Assembly: GCA_965218425.1 (NCBI GenBank)
Contig: OZ244621.1
Location: forward strand, 32,001-96,000
DNA length: 64,000 nucleotides
Direction of reading: 5' to 3'
DNA from: an uncultured Candidatus Binatia bacterium
GTDB lineage: Bacteria > Desulfobacterota > Binatia > UBA9968 > CAXXLF01
The position numbers were made by a program, and so were the translations under genes. The notes below the pieces were generated by a model that saw only the letters and a program-made list of their open reading frames with translations, made no database searches and was not told the origin of the DNA. Of the stretch, positions 1 through 9,869 are shown piece after piece. Position 1 is the stretch's first letter. Each line of letters opens with the position of its first letter.

Positions 1-286
1 AGCAACCAGGCTACCCTTTGGGCCTGCCGGCAAAGGCTAGGACTTGGCGGTTACATTCCTGGGCTGGGTCGCTTATTTAAAGAGAAAAGTAAGATCCGCC
101 AGGATTGACCCCGATTCAAAGTCTCCACTCGTATCAATGCGGTTAAAGGCACAATTTAAACCCGTCTCCAGGTCGGGAAAATTTCATTATTATTTTTAAT
201 CCATTCCACACAACGCCGTGCGTATAAGCGCGTGGCTGGAGATTCTCTGGTTCCATCCACTTCGGTCTTGAGGATTCGGATCGGGG

Positions 287-314
287 TTGACACCTACACG
301 AAGTGACGTATATT
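287..314 (+). promoter_or_regulatory. Putative sigma70 promoter of the amidohydrolase gene
   Basis: TTGACA (287-292), 16-nt spacer, TATATT (309-314), about 30 nt before the ATG at 346. Confidence 0.45.
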
Positions 315-345
315 TTCTACCCAACCAACCAAGGGGAAATAAATT

Positions 346-1410
346 ATGCGGAAAAACCTGTATCCCGTCATCGACGGTGACGGCCATGTGATGGAGCGGG
401 GAGATGAGCTGGTAAAGTTCTTGGGCAAGACCTATAGCAGTAGCGCCGGCAAAGACGGAACTTTGGTGCAGACCTATCCCCTCTTCCCTTCCTTGGACGG
501 ATGGGCGAGGTCGTCTAATACAAGTTCACCGGGAAGACGTGATCATCCCGACTGCGAAACCTGGCTCTGTTTTTTGGACGACTGTGGGATTGAGAAGACT
601 GTTGTCTATCCCACCGCCGGTCTCGCCTTTGGTTTGATTCAAGATGCATCGTGGGCGGCCGATCTAGCCAGTGCCTACAATTCATGGTTACACTCGCAGT
701 ATATGCAAAAGACGCCGCGTATCCTCGGGGCCGCTTTAATTCCCATTCACAATATAGCGGCCGCGATCCTAGAGCTGCGCCGTGCAAAAAATGAGCTGGG
801 GATGCCGGCCGCTGTGCTTCCATCAGTCACCAGTCTTGGGAAAGGCTACGGTCATGAGAGCTTCTTCCCGTTATACGACGCCGCTTGTGAGTTGGGCATG
901 GCCTTGTCGGTTCACGGTGCGCCGAGCCGTGGCCTGGGTTTTGATTATCTGAACACGTTCGTGGAAGTTCATGCCCTTGAACATCCCCTGCCCCTCATGA
1001 TCCATTTGACCAACATGGTTTTTCAAGGGGTCTTTGAGCGCTTCCCCACTCTCAAGGTTGCATTTTTGGAAGCCGGGAGCGGCTGGGTACCATTCATGAT
1101 GGACCGACTCGACGAGGACTACGAGCGACGGGGTAAGAAATGGGCGCCTCATCTTAAACGTTTGCCCAGCGAGTATATTTCAAGCGGTTGTGTTTACGTC
1201 TCAATCGAATCGGAGGAACGCACCCTGCCCTATGTCCTGAAGCTCCTTGGTGAAGATTACGTTTTTTTTGCGTCGGACTATCCCCACGAACGTACTCGGT
1301 TGGACTTCCTGCCGGACATCCCCGGACTTGCGGCACGTGAGGATGTATCGGACTCGGCCAAGCGCAAGTTATTCTCGGAGAACGCTAAGAGGTTCTACGG
1401 ATTGGCCTAA
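346..1410 (+). CDS. Amidohydrolase_2 family protein (metal-dependent decarboxylase/hydratase-like)
   Basis: N-terminal IDGDGH, SVHG, FPTLKVAFLEAGSGW and FASDYPH motifs. Confidence 0.85.
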   Translation: MRKNLYPVIDGDGHVMERGDELVKFLGKTYSSSAGKDGTLVQTYPLFPSLDGWARSSNTSSPGRRDHPDCETWLCFLDDCGIEKTVVYPTAGLAFGLIQDASWAADLASAYNSWLHSQYMQKTPRILGAALIPIHNIAAAILELRRAKNELGMPAAVLPSVTSLGKGYGHESFFPLYDAACELGMALSVHGAPSRGLGFDYLNTFVEVHALEHPLPLMIHLTNMVFQGVFERFPTLKVAFLEAGSGWVPFMMDRLDEDYERRGKKWAPHLKRLPSEYISSGCVYVSIESEERTLPYVLKLLGEDYVFFASDYPHERTRLDFLPDIPGLAAREDVSDSAKRKLFSENAKRFYGLA

Positions 1411-1509
1411 ATGCTCGAGAAAATATGAATAGTGCTTTGCTGTCATGGTCTTTTAGGTGGTTTTTGGCCTCAAAAAATGTTAAGCAAAAAGGCTCCCTAA
1501 ATAAGATTG

Positions 1510-1564
1510 TATTTTGACTGATTATGTCAGCTATCTTGACTTGCGGGGCAATAGGGCCTATCTT
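1510..1564 (+). promoter_or_regulatory. Sigma70 promoter of moeB with an adjacent Rrf2/IscR-type operator candidate
   Basis: TTGACT(1536-1541)-N17-TATCTT(1559-1564). Just upstream, TTTGACTGATTATGTCAGCTAT contains TGAC-N7-GTCA and resembles the IscR type-1 box. Confidence 0.45.
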
Positions 1565-1628
1565 AGATCTTAAGAATCTGGCTTTTGGATAAAGATTTGA
1601 TAAATCAGTAGATTTTTAAGGAGGGGGT

Positions 1629-2807
1629 ATGGCAAAGACCTTTGATCAGCTAATGAGTGATGCTCGCAAGGAGGTCAAAGAGCTTACTGTTGACGAGGTC
1701 CAGAAACTCACAGCGCACAACGGTAAATACCTGCTTTTGGACGTGCGTGAGAAGGAAGAGTACCGAGAAGGCCATTTGGAAGGATCGGTATCCATCCCTC
1801 GTGGCTTTCTCGAGATACGAGTGGAGAGCGCCATTCCTGAGAAGTCGACTCCCATTATCGCCTACTGTGCGGGCGGTGTGCGCTCGTTGCTCGCGGCCAA
1901 GGACATGAAGGAGATGGGGTATCAAGAGGTTATTTCCATGTCAGGAGGTTACTCGGCATGGAAGGCCGCTGGGTACGATACAGCTCAAGACCGTCAATTT
2001 ACTCCGGAACAGATGACCCGCTACAGCCGCCATTTCCTGCTTCCAGAGGTGGGTGAAGAGGGTCAAGCGAAACTCCTCGATGCCAAAGTATTGATGGTTG
2101 GCGCCGGAGGATTGGGCTCGCCCTCAGCCTACTACCTTGCGGCGGCAGGTGTAGGTACCATGGGGATCATCGATCCTGATGTGGTGGATCTATCCAACCT
2201 GCAAAGACAGATTCTGCACACAAACGACCGCATAGGTCAGCCGAAAACCGAATCCGCGAAACAGACCCTTCAGGCCCTGAACCCTGATGTGCGCGTCATT
2301 ACCTATCAGGATAAGTTGACCTCAGAGAATGTGATGGACATTATCAAGGACTACGACATCATAGTCGATGGCTGCGATAATTTTCCTACCCGTTATTTAG
2401 TCAACGATGCCTGCGTCATGGTTAACAAACCCAACGTGCATGGAAGCATATTTCAGTTTGACGGCCAGGCTTCAGTCTTCTATCCGGGCAAGGGTCCCTG
2501 CTATCGTTGCCTCTACCCTGAGCCACCTCCTCCGGGAATGGCTCCAAGCTGCGCCGAAGCCGGGGTTCTGGGTGTTCTACCAGGTCTCATTGGAACCATA
2601 CAGGCCATCGAGACCATCAAGCTCATCTTGGGGAAAGGCGATAATCTTGTGGGGAAACTCCTCTGCTTCAACACCCTCTCCATGGAGGTCACCACGTTGA
2701 ACCTCAAGAAGGATCCGGATTGCCCGGTTTGCGGGGAAAAGCCTTCGATCCACGAACTCATCGATTACGAGGAGTTCTGCAATCTCCGGGAATCCCATGC
2801 GGCATAA
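1629..2807 (+). CDS. moeB: Molybdopterin-synthase adenylyltransferase MoeB/ThiF with an N-terminal rhodanese domain
   Basis: Rhodanese LLDVRE...YCAGGVRS, then RYSRH, GAGGLG, SNLQRQ, CYRC and CPVC zinc motifs; AAGGAGG RBS. Confidence 0.93.
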   Translation: MAKTFDQLMSDARKEVKELTVDEVQKLTAHNGKYLLLDVREKEEYREGHLEGSVSIPRGFLEIRVESAIPEKSTPIIAYCAGGVRSLLAAKDMKEMGYQEVISMSGGYSAWKAAGYDTAQDRQFTPEQMTRYSRHFLLPEVGEEGQAKLLDAKVLMVGAGGLGSPSAYYLAAAGVGTMGIIDPDVVDLSNLQRQILHTNDRIGQPKTESAKQTLQALNPDVRVITYQDKLTSENVMDIIKDYDIIVDGCDNFPTRYLVNDACVMVNKPNVHGSIFQFDGQASVFYPGKGPCYRCLYPEPPPPGMAPSCAEAGVLGVLPGLIGTIQAIETIKLILGKGDNLVGKLLCFNTLSMEVTTLNLKKDPDCPVCGEKPSIHELIDYEEFCNLRESHAA

Positions 2808-2841
2808 ACCGTTTTAATACGCCGCACCCGAGATACACAGA

Positions 2842-2873
2842 AAAGGCCGATGCTTGGCGTCGGCCTTTCTTTC
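2842..2873 (+). terminator. Intrinsic terminator after moeB
   Basis: Hairpin AAAGGCCGATGC-TTG-GCGTCGGCCTTT followed by CTTTC. Confidence 0.65.
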
Positions 2874-2885
2874 ATTGCCCCATCC

Positions 2886-3548
2886 ATGGAAACCGTATTT
2901 TTGATGCGCCACGGCGAGACCGCCTGGAACCAGGAAAAGCGCGTCATGGGACGTCTCGAAACCCCCCTTAGCCGAAGCGGCATCGCACAAGCAAAACGGA
3001 TCGCCAGATTACTGCCTGATCTGGAGATTCGCGCCATATACACCAGCCCTTTAAAGCGCGCCGTGCAGACCGCGCGGATCCTTGCCAAGGAATGTCACAG
3101 GTCGGTAAAGATCAATCCAAACCTCACTGAAGTCGCCTTCGGTCGTTGGCAGGGGTTTCGATTCGATGACCTGCTCAAGGATAAGGCCTACCATCGTTTT
3201 TTGCGAAGTCCTCTCAAGGCTGCCGTCCCCGGGGGCGAGACCATCGTTGACGTGCAAAAGCGGGGCTTGAAGGCGATCCGGCGAGCCATCCGGGACTACC
3301 CAAAAGGCCGTATCCTCTTTGTCTCCCATGGGGACGTCATCCGGGCCATCCTCTGTCACTACTTAAAACTTCCCCTGCAAGAGTTCCGGCGACTCAGGAT
3401 CGATAACGGCACCTTGAGTGCCTTTGAGGTGGACGGCGACTGGGCTGAGATCAAATACATGAACTACCTTCCAGACGTCACGAAAGTCAGTAACGAGCCA
3501 TTCGCCGGTCTTAGGCCGGGCACTCTCAAACGGGAGAAAACCAGATAA
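2886..3548 (+). CDS. Histidine phosphatase (phosphoglycerate mutase-like) family protein
   Basis: RHGET, SPLKRA and VSHGDVIR motifs; start placed at METVFLMRHG. Confidence 0.9.
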   Translation: METVFLMRHGETAWNQEKRVMGRLETPLSRSGIAQAKRIARLLPDLEIRAIYTSPLKRAVQTARILAKECHRSVKINPNLTEVAFGRWQGFRFDDLLKDKAYHRFLRSPLKAAVPGGETIVDVQKRGLKAIRRAIRDYPKGRILFVSHGDVIRAILCHYLKLPLQEFRRLRIDNGTLSAFEVDGDWAEIKYMNYLPDVTKVSNEPFAGLRPGTLKREKTR

Positions 3549-3555
3549 CTGACCG

Positions 3556-4278
3556 CTAAACGTAGGGTGTTCGTTGAGGCCGGACGGTGATTTCCACAGG
3601 GCAGGCAGTGGGTGGAGAGGTCAAAACAAACAGCACCGTTCGGGCGATGTCTTCAGGACGGATCATCTTCGTTCTATCCATCCTGCGCATTTGGGGAATC
3701 AACGGGGTATCCACAAAACCCGGGCAGATGGCAGCGACCCTGATGCCGTATTCCCTGACTTCATCGAAAAGGGACTGGGTGAACCCCATCAAACCAAATT
3801 TGGAGGCCGAATAAGCGGAGCCGTTTGCCTGGCCGGATTTCCCTGACACGGAAGATATGTTGATAATGGATCCTTCCCCTCTTTCCATCATCTTTGGAAG
3901 AACCAATTTGCTCAAAACCATGGGGGCGCGTAGGTTGACCCGAAACGTTTCGTCCCAGTCCGAAACCCTCGCCTTCACTACGGGCGCCACTTTTCCCGAC
4001 CCCGCATTGTTGATGAGGATATCGACGCAACCCCATGTCTGGATGGTTTGTTCCACAAGCCGTTCCATCTCTTGATCCAAGGCCAGATCCGTTGGAATGA
4101 CCAACGCCTCTCCGTTCTGGCGGATTATTTCTTCGCTTACGGATCGTAGCTGGGGTTCGCTGCGGGCAGCCAAGACGACCCGTGAACCCGATTGGGCGAG
4201 GAGAATTGCAGTGACCTTGCCGATGCCCTGGCTCGCCCCGGTAACAATAGAGACTTTGCCTGCCAGCGGTTGGATCAT
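3556..4278 (-). CDS. SDR family NAD(P)-dependent oxidoreductase
   Basis: TGASQGIG, NNAG and YSASK motifs; start moved to MIQPLAGK. Confidence 0.92.
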   Translation of the reverse strand: MIQPLAGKVSIVTGASQGIGKVTAILLAQSGSRVVLAARSEPQLRSVSEEIIRQNGEALVIPTDLALDQEMERLVEQTIQTWGCVDILINNAGSGKVAPVVKARVSDWDETFRVNLRAPMVLSKLVLPKMMERGEGSIINISSVSGKSGQANGSAYSASKFGLMGFTQSLFDEVREYGIRVAAICPGFVDTPLIPQMRRMDRTKMIRPEDIARTVLFVLTSPPTACPVEITVRPQRTPYV

Positions 4279-4282
4279 TGTA

Positions 4283-4705
4283 CTAATGGAAAGTTGTTTT
4301 CGATTCCGATTGTTCCGGGGCCGCTGTGGGTCCGCCATGATGGTGGATGATGTACCATTGGTCCTGGCGCTTCTCGTAGATGTTGGTCGATAGGATGACC
4401 CCGGAAGATGTTTCGCGCCCTACGCGACTATTGATGTTTTCGTACAAGGTCACCCAAGCCAGTGAATCTCGAACCTGAATTTTAACGTCCGTGAGTAGGA
4501 AGCGAATCTCCACGGTATTTTCAAAGATCTGGCGCCAGCTAGCGATCACGTCATCCCAACCCGTCAGGGATCTCCACCCGGGATGAATGCACTGGACGTA
4601 TTTTTCCTTCAGCCAAACCTTTTCCATCTCCTTTATATCCAGGCTTTCAAATGCGTGATAAAACGCCTCGTTGGCCTTGAAGACCCCTCCTTCGTCTTTG
4701 GTCAT
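4283..4705 (-). CDS. NTF2/SnoaL-like domain protein
   Basis: ANEAFYHAFE...CIHPGW...TNIYEK...HHH pattern of SnoaL_3 proteins. Confidence 0.85.
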   Translation of the reverse strand: MTKDEGGVFKANEAFYHAFESLDIKEMEKVWLKEKYVQCIHPGWRSLTGWDDVIASWRQIFENTVEIRFLLTDVKIQVRDSLAWVTLYENINSRVGRETSSGVILSTNIYEKRQDQWYIIHHHGGPTAAPEQSESKTTFH

Positions 4706-4717
4706 TACCAACTCTTC

Positions 4718-5044
4718 CTAGTGGGTGGGTTTGGGTGCCATAAAAACCAGGAGGACCAGCCGGTCCGGACCTGTATTTCTAACCCCATGTTTTTGACCCG
4801 AGGATGCCAGGATGATTTCGTCGCTTCCCAACTCTCTCTCCTTGTATCCGATTTGAAACAAGCCCTTACCCTGGACCACAAAGTAAATTTTATCTGAGCC
4901 CTCATGGCTATGCACCGGCTGCGATTGTCCCGGTTCCAAGCAGTAGAGGTCACAGAACATCCTGTCGGTCTCGAACAGTCCGTTTTTTTTCATCTTATCC
5001 GGTGAAAATTGGATGGCCTCTGAAACCTTTTTGAACTCTTCCAT
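4718..5044 (-). CDS. Cupin domain protein
   Basis: PGQSQPVHSH...KHGVRNTG cupin motifs; GGAGG RBS. Confidence 0.88.
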   Translation of the reverse strand: MEEFKKVSEAIQFSPDKMKKNGLFETDRMFCDLYCLEPGQSQPVHSHEGSDKIYFVVQGKGLFQIGYKERELGSDEIILASSGQKHGVRNTGPDRLVLLVFMAPKPTH

Positions 5045-5119
5045 GGGTGCTCCTCCTGGGCAATCCTAGCACGACGGCAAAACGATGCAAATTGAGAAAG
5101 GCTATGGTAGTTTGAGTTT

Positions 5120-6280
5120 ATGAACTCGGCTTTGATCCGTTATCATGAGGTGGCCCTGAAGAAAGGGAACCGTCCTTATTTCGTGGAGTTACTCAAGCGG
5201 AATTTGAAATCGTCGGTGGCAGGACTGGGGCTCAAGGAAATCAAAATCTTGCAGGGCCGTCTCTTTATGGATTTTAATGGGGAAGCAGACAGTGGTGAGA
5301 TTCGCCGACGCCTGAGCTGCGTCTTCGGAGTTGCCAATTTTTCCTTCGTCGAACGAACCCCGGTTGATCTGGAGGCCTTGAAGACAGGAATCCTTGAATC
5401 CCTGAAGAGAGAGGAATTTAGCTCGTTCCGCATTCAAACCAAACGAGCCGACAAAAGCTTTCCGCTCAGTTCACCGGATGTCAACCGCGAAGTGGGGGGA
5501 GCGGTAAAAGCGTATTCAGGCGCTCGGGTAGACCTCACGAACGCGGAGCTCACCATCGGTATTGAGATTCTTTCCCGCGATGCCTTTTTTAGCTTAGACA
5601 AGACTCCCGGTCCGGGTGGACTGCCTGTGGGGGTCAGCGGCCGGGTGGTTTGCCTCATATCGGGCGGCATCGATTCTCCGGTCGCGGCCTACCGGATGAT
5701 GCAACGGGGTTGTCGGCTGATTTTCGTCCATTTCCATAGCAGCCCCTACTTGGATAAGACTTCCCAGGAGAAGGTCAAGGAACTGGTGAAGATCCTCACC
5801 CAGTACCAGTTTACCTCGCGGCTCTATCTAGTACCTTTCGGTGAAATCCAGCGTCAAATTGTCAGCGCTGTGCCGCGTCCCCTGAGGATCGTTCTATACC
5901 GGAGGATGATGGTTAGAGTTGCGGAGGCAATTGCCGCAAAAGAGAAGGCCGTTGCCCTGGTCACCGGCGAAAGCCTTGCTCAGGTCGCTTCGCAAACCCT
6001 TCAGAACCTCGCAGTTGTTGAGAATGCTGCCAAACTACCGATGCTTCGGCCCCTGGTGGGCATGGACAAACAGGAGATCATCGACCAGGGAAGAAGAATC
6101 AATACCTTCGATGTATCAGCACTCCCCGACCAGGACTGCTGCCAACTGTTCGTCCCACGCCACCCCGATACCAAGGCCAGCCTGGGAGAAGTCGAAAAGT
6201 CAGAATCTCGCCTGGATCTGCCGGCCCTCACCCAGTTGGGAGCTGAAAATAGCGCAATCAATAACTTCAAGTTTCCCTAG
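5120..6280 (+). CDS. thiI: tRNA 4-thiouridine(8) synthase ThiI, short form without rhodanese domain
   Basis: RYHEVALKKGNR, THUMP domain, SGGIDSPVA PP-loop, GESLAQVASQT, QDCC. Confidence 0.95.
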   Translation: MNSALIRYHEVALKKGNRPYFVELLKRNLKSSVAGLGLKEIKILQGRLFMDFNGEADSGEIRRRLSCVFGVANFSFVERTPVDLEALKTGILESLKREEFSSFRIQTKRADKSFPLSSPDVNREVGGAVKAYSGARVDLTNAELTIGIEILSRDAFFSLDKTPGPGGLPVGVSGRVVCLISGGIDSPVAAYRMMQRGCRLIFVHFHSSPYLDKTSQEKVKELVKILTQYQFTSRLYLVPFGEIQRQIVSAVPRPLRIVLYRRMMVRVAEAIAAKEKAVALVTGESLAQVASQTLQNLAVVENAAKLPMLRPLVGMDKQEIIDQGRRINTFDVSALPDQDCCQLFVPRHPDTKASLGEVEKSESRLDLPALTQLGAENSAINNFKFP

Positions 6281-6672
6281 AAATAATAGCATTTAAACTT
6301 ATGTAATAAATAATTATTACGTCTTGAACTAGATCCCCCCTCGATGAGTCGACAATCTGAGACGCTTCGGTGGGAGATCCCTGCAGTTATCCCCGTTCGT
6401 CGAATATTTTGCTTTTCTCCTCCCGTAGTATGGTCGTCTATCATTATGGGGTAGCCCTTTGATGCAGTTGGATCATTTGGGAGTGAAGTGAGCATATCTG
6501 TTGCTCATAAAGGCCCGCGAGGTTGCGAATCCATGAGGAGATTTCTATGGAGCAGCGGGAGGCAGATCTCGAGTTGGAGAATCAGGCATCAAAGAAACTC
6601 GTGAAAAAGAGTTCGCAGAAATCAAAAAAAGTCAGAGCCCCTGATTTGGGTCAAACTGGCACAGAGGCGCTG

Positions 6673-8922
6673 TCAGGCGCGTATTTGGCCGACTGGAATG
6701 CTTAGCTTTTCTGACCTAAGTATATCTAGGACCTTCTCGGGGTTGATGGGAAGGGATTTGATCCTGACCCCCACGGCGTCTTGCAGCGCATTGGCAACCG
6801 CTGCGGCCGTTGGAATGTTGGAAGTCTCCCCGATGCTCATGCTGTTGTAGGGACCGCTTCCTTTGGGCATCTCTAAAACCACAGTTTTAAAGCTTGGTAC
6901 ATCCCGGATGGTGGGGATCTTGTAGTCGCCAAAATTAGCAGTCAACACCTTGCCATCCTGGACTACCAGGTTTTCCATTAACGCATAACCGATGCCCATC
7001 ACGGCCCCGCCCTCAATTTGTCCCTGGTGCATTAGGGGATTTAGCACGGTGCCCGTGCTGTGAGCGGAGGTAAAATTCCTGAGCTTGATGGCACCCGTTT
7101 CCGGGTCCACTTCAACTTCCGCCACCTGGACGCACATGGACGCATCGGGAACCTTAGCCGTATCGTCGTACGAACCTTCCACCATGATGGGTAATCCTTG
7201 GGCCTTGACGATCTCGCCAAAGGTCATTCGTCGTTTGCCCTTGGATTGCTGCACGGCTCCTCTAGAGATTATAAGCTCGTCGGGGTGAACACCCATGGCA
7301 GCGGCAGCGGCCTTTCTTATTTCTTCCTTGGCCTTGATTACGGCTTCGTAAGCGGCATTGCCGTACACCCTGGTGCCCCTACTGCCTCCTATGCCGGTAT
7401 CCTCAATCCCCTGCCCCGTATCGAGACTTTGGGCGCGAATCCTATCCACGGGGATACCAAGCTCCTGCCCCACCACCTCGCATAAAACCGTATAGGTTCC
7501 TCCTCCCTGGTCTACCATCGCAGAGGAAAGGGTTACTTCTCCCTTCTCGTCGAACTTGAGGGCCACCGTGCCTTTACCGCCGTTGGTTAGCCATTGTGTT
7601 AGCGCAACGCCGCGTCCAATGTTATTTCGCTTAGACTTGAAGTAGCCGGCGGCCCGGAGGGCTTTGTCCAGGGTCTCCTCCGCCTTGATGTGTGGAATGG
7701 GCTTCCCGGTGGGTGACGGGTCGCCGTCGTGCATCAGATTTTTCCTTCTAAACTCAATGGAGTCCATGTCGAGCTTCTTTGCAATCAGATCCATTTGGCT
7801 CTCATTGGCGAAGAAGCCCTGCGGGTCTCCCGGCGAGCGCATGTGGCCGCAAGGGATCTGATTCGTATAAACCATCTTTTCCTCAATCAAGACGTTCTCC
7901 ATTTTGTAGGGACCCGCGGATTCCCCTGGACCGCCTAAAAAACCCACCGGCTTGAAGGCCCCATAGGCACCGCTGTCGAAGACGAACTCCATCTTGTGAG
8001 CCACAATGGCACCATCGTTTTTAACTCCGCTTTTTACCTTGATGGTTGAGGCGTGTCTTGGGTTCCCGGCCACGAACTCCTCGTCATATCCCATGACCAT
8101 CTTTACGGGTTGTCCGCATTTCCTTGACAGGGCGAAGCAGACGGGAACGTCCATAAAGTCCCCTTTCCCGCCGAAGTCCCCGCCAATATAAGACGGTTGC
8201 AAAACAAATTTTTCCGCGGGGATGTCGAAGGCGTTGGCCAGTTGTTCCCGCAGGGCGTAGGGCGCTTTGCAGCAGGCCCAGATCTCGGCGCCGCCGGACG
8301 GGTCCGCCTTGACCATACAGGAGTGGGGTTCGATGTAGGCTTGATGAACCTTGTCCGTAGTGAAGGTGTTTTCAACGATGAGGTCCGACTGCTGGAAGCC
8401 GGCATCCACATCACCTTTACCCCAGGATAGCTGAATAAACGCATTGCTCGGCGCATCCAGCTTTCCCGGACGTCCCTTGTAGTCCAAAACATCGGGGTGG
8501 AGCAGCTCCGCAGAGGAATCCATGGCCTTTACGGGGTCGAGGATGGGCTCCAGGTCTTCGTATTCCACTTCGATGAGGCCTACGGCCTCTTCCGCGATCT
8601 TCTCGCTCCGTGCGGCAACGGCGGCTACCTTTTCCCCAATGAAGCGCACCACATCCTGGGCGAGAATGGGCATATCGTAGATGCGCCGGCCGATCTTGAG
8701 GCCTTTCACGTCCTCGCCGGTCACGACGGCTTTAACACCTGGGAGTTGGAGCGCCTTACTTACATCGATGCTTTTGATGCGGCCGTAAGCGATGGGGCTC
8801 CTTAGCACCTTGCCCCAGAGCATACCGGGCAAGGTTCTATCCACCGTATAGAGTGCCTTACCGGTAACCTTCAACTCACCTTCCACTCTTGGAGTGGGAT
8901 TTCCTACGACTTGATTTGCCAC
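6673..8922 (-). CDS. Xanthine dehydrogenase-family molybdopterin-binding large subunit
   Basis: KVTGKALY, HQAYIEPH, IGGDFGGK, GQIEGG and DYKIPT motifs; GTG start at 8922 with AAGGAG RBS. Confidence 0.92.
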   Translation of the reverse strand: MANQVVGNPTPRVEGELKVTGKALYTVDRTLPGMLWGKVLRSPIAYGRIKSIDVSKALQLPGVKAVVTGEDVKGLKIGRRIYDMPILAQDVVRFIGEKVAAVAARSEKIAEEAVGLIEVEYEDLEPILDPVKAMDSSAELLHPDVLDYKGRPGKLDAPSNAFIQLSWGKGDVDAGFQQSDLIVENTFTTDKVHQAYIEPHSCMVKADPSGGAEIWACCKAPYALREQLANAFDIPAEKFVLQPSYIGGDFGGKGDFMDVPVCFALSRKCGQPVKMVMGYDEEFVAGNPRHASTIKVKSGVKNDGAIVAHKMEFVFDSGAYGAFKPVGFLGGPGESAGPYKMENVLIEEKMVYTNQIPCGHMRSPGDPQGFFANESQMDLIAKKLDMDSIEFRRKNLMHDGDPSPTGKPIPHIKAEETLDKALRAAGYFKSKRNNIGRGVALTQWLTNGGKGTVALKFDEKGEVTLSSAMVDQGGGTYTVLCEVVGQELGIPVDRIRAQSLDTGQGIEDTGIGGSRGTRVYGNAAYEAVIKAKEEIRKAAAAAMGVHPDELIISRGAVQQSKGKRRMTFGEIVKAQGLPIMVEGSYDDTAKVPDASMCVQVAEVEVDPETGAIKLRNFTSAHSTGTVLNPLMHQGQIEGGAVMGIGYALMENLVVQDGKVLTANFGDYKIPTIRDVPSFKTVVLEMPKGSGPYNSMSIGETSNIPTAAAVANALQDAVGVRIKSLPINPEKVLDILRSEKLSIPVGQIRA

Positions 8923-8983
8923 TGGCTGCTCCTTCCGCGTAACTTGGCAAGGGAAAGATGACTGATTTTCCCCTATTTTGCAA

Positions 8984-9823
8984 TCACTTTTTCGGGGTGG
9001 GAGCGCGAGCAGGCCTTTTTGATTCCTGCGTGAACGCAGAGTCTCTGTCGCCGGAATCATCGGCCTTCATTGCCGGGCGGTTGAGATTGAACCCGAGGCG
9101 GCCGATAAAGGGGAGCTTCAGGGCAGGTCCAAGGGGATCAATGCCGAAGTTTAACCCGAAAAGGTTAAACTCAAGGCCTTCGTCCCAGGCTATAAGGAAT
9201 CCGAGCACGCCAAATAGAGATACCTGAAAACCGGTACCACTGGGGGCGCGTTCTACGATGCTACCATTGGTAAGATAGTCCTTGCCAATTGCGTTGGAAG
9301 GAAAAGCAACTCCCAGTTCCGGCACCCGTCTTGCGATATAGGCGGTGAAGGTGTTGCTGTTGGGGCTAGGCTAAATACTGTATTTCTCGGCGTAGGGGTA
9401 GGATTCAACCGCTTTCATGATCTTGTCTATGGCCCTTTCAGCCTCGAGACCCCTTAGGTCGGCGATCACTTCGGGGCGATGGCCGAACCAGTTTCTGTCG
9501 GGGATGTCCGTTGCAGAGCTCACCGCAGGCAGACCGCGTCTTGGCCGCCAGCCCACCACTTGGTGTACTGTATAGTGCAGCGCATTCTTTTCCTTGGTGG
9601 CGACCCATGTATGCATGGAAAATATGCCCCGCCAGTTGAAGGCCCTGGCGGAGTGAACCTGGACCACGGCTTCGGGGTTTTTTTCCGGGTCGGGGGCAAT
9701 GCCGGCGCTTTCCCGATTGGCGGTTCGGTAATCCTGTCTCAGATTAATAAATCCCGAGGCGACCATAGGCGCGATGTCGAAAAACAACAGCAACAGGGCG
9801 ATTCGATACAGAGATGTATGCAA
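8984..9823 (-). pseudogene. DUF3750-like protein interrupted by an in-frame TAG at 9371-9373
   Basis: ORFs 9371..9823 and 8984..9325 are in the same frame. Read-through gives YSI*PSPNSNTFTAYIARRVPEL; the recalled family motif is YxxWPGPNSNTF. Confidence 0.75.
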
Positions 9824-9869
9824 CGGATTCTTTCAATGGTTGAGGGTCCAAAAGTAAAAGTATAGGCAA

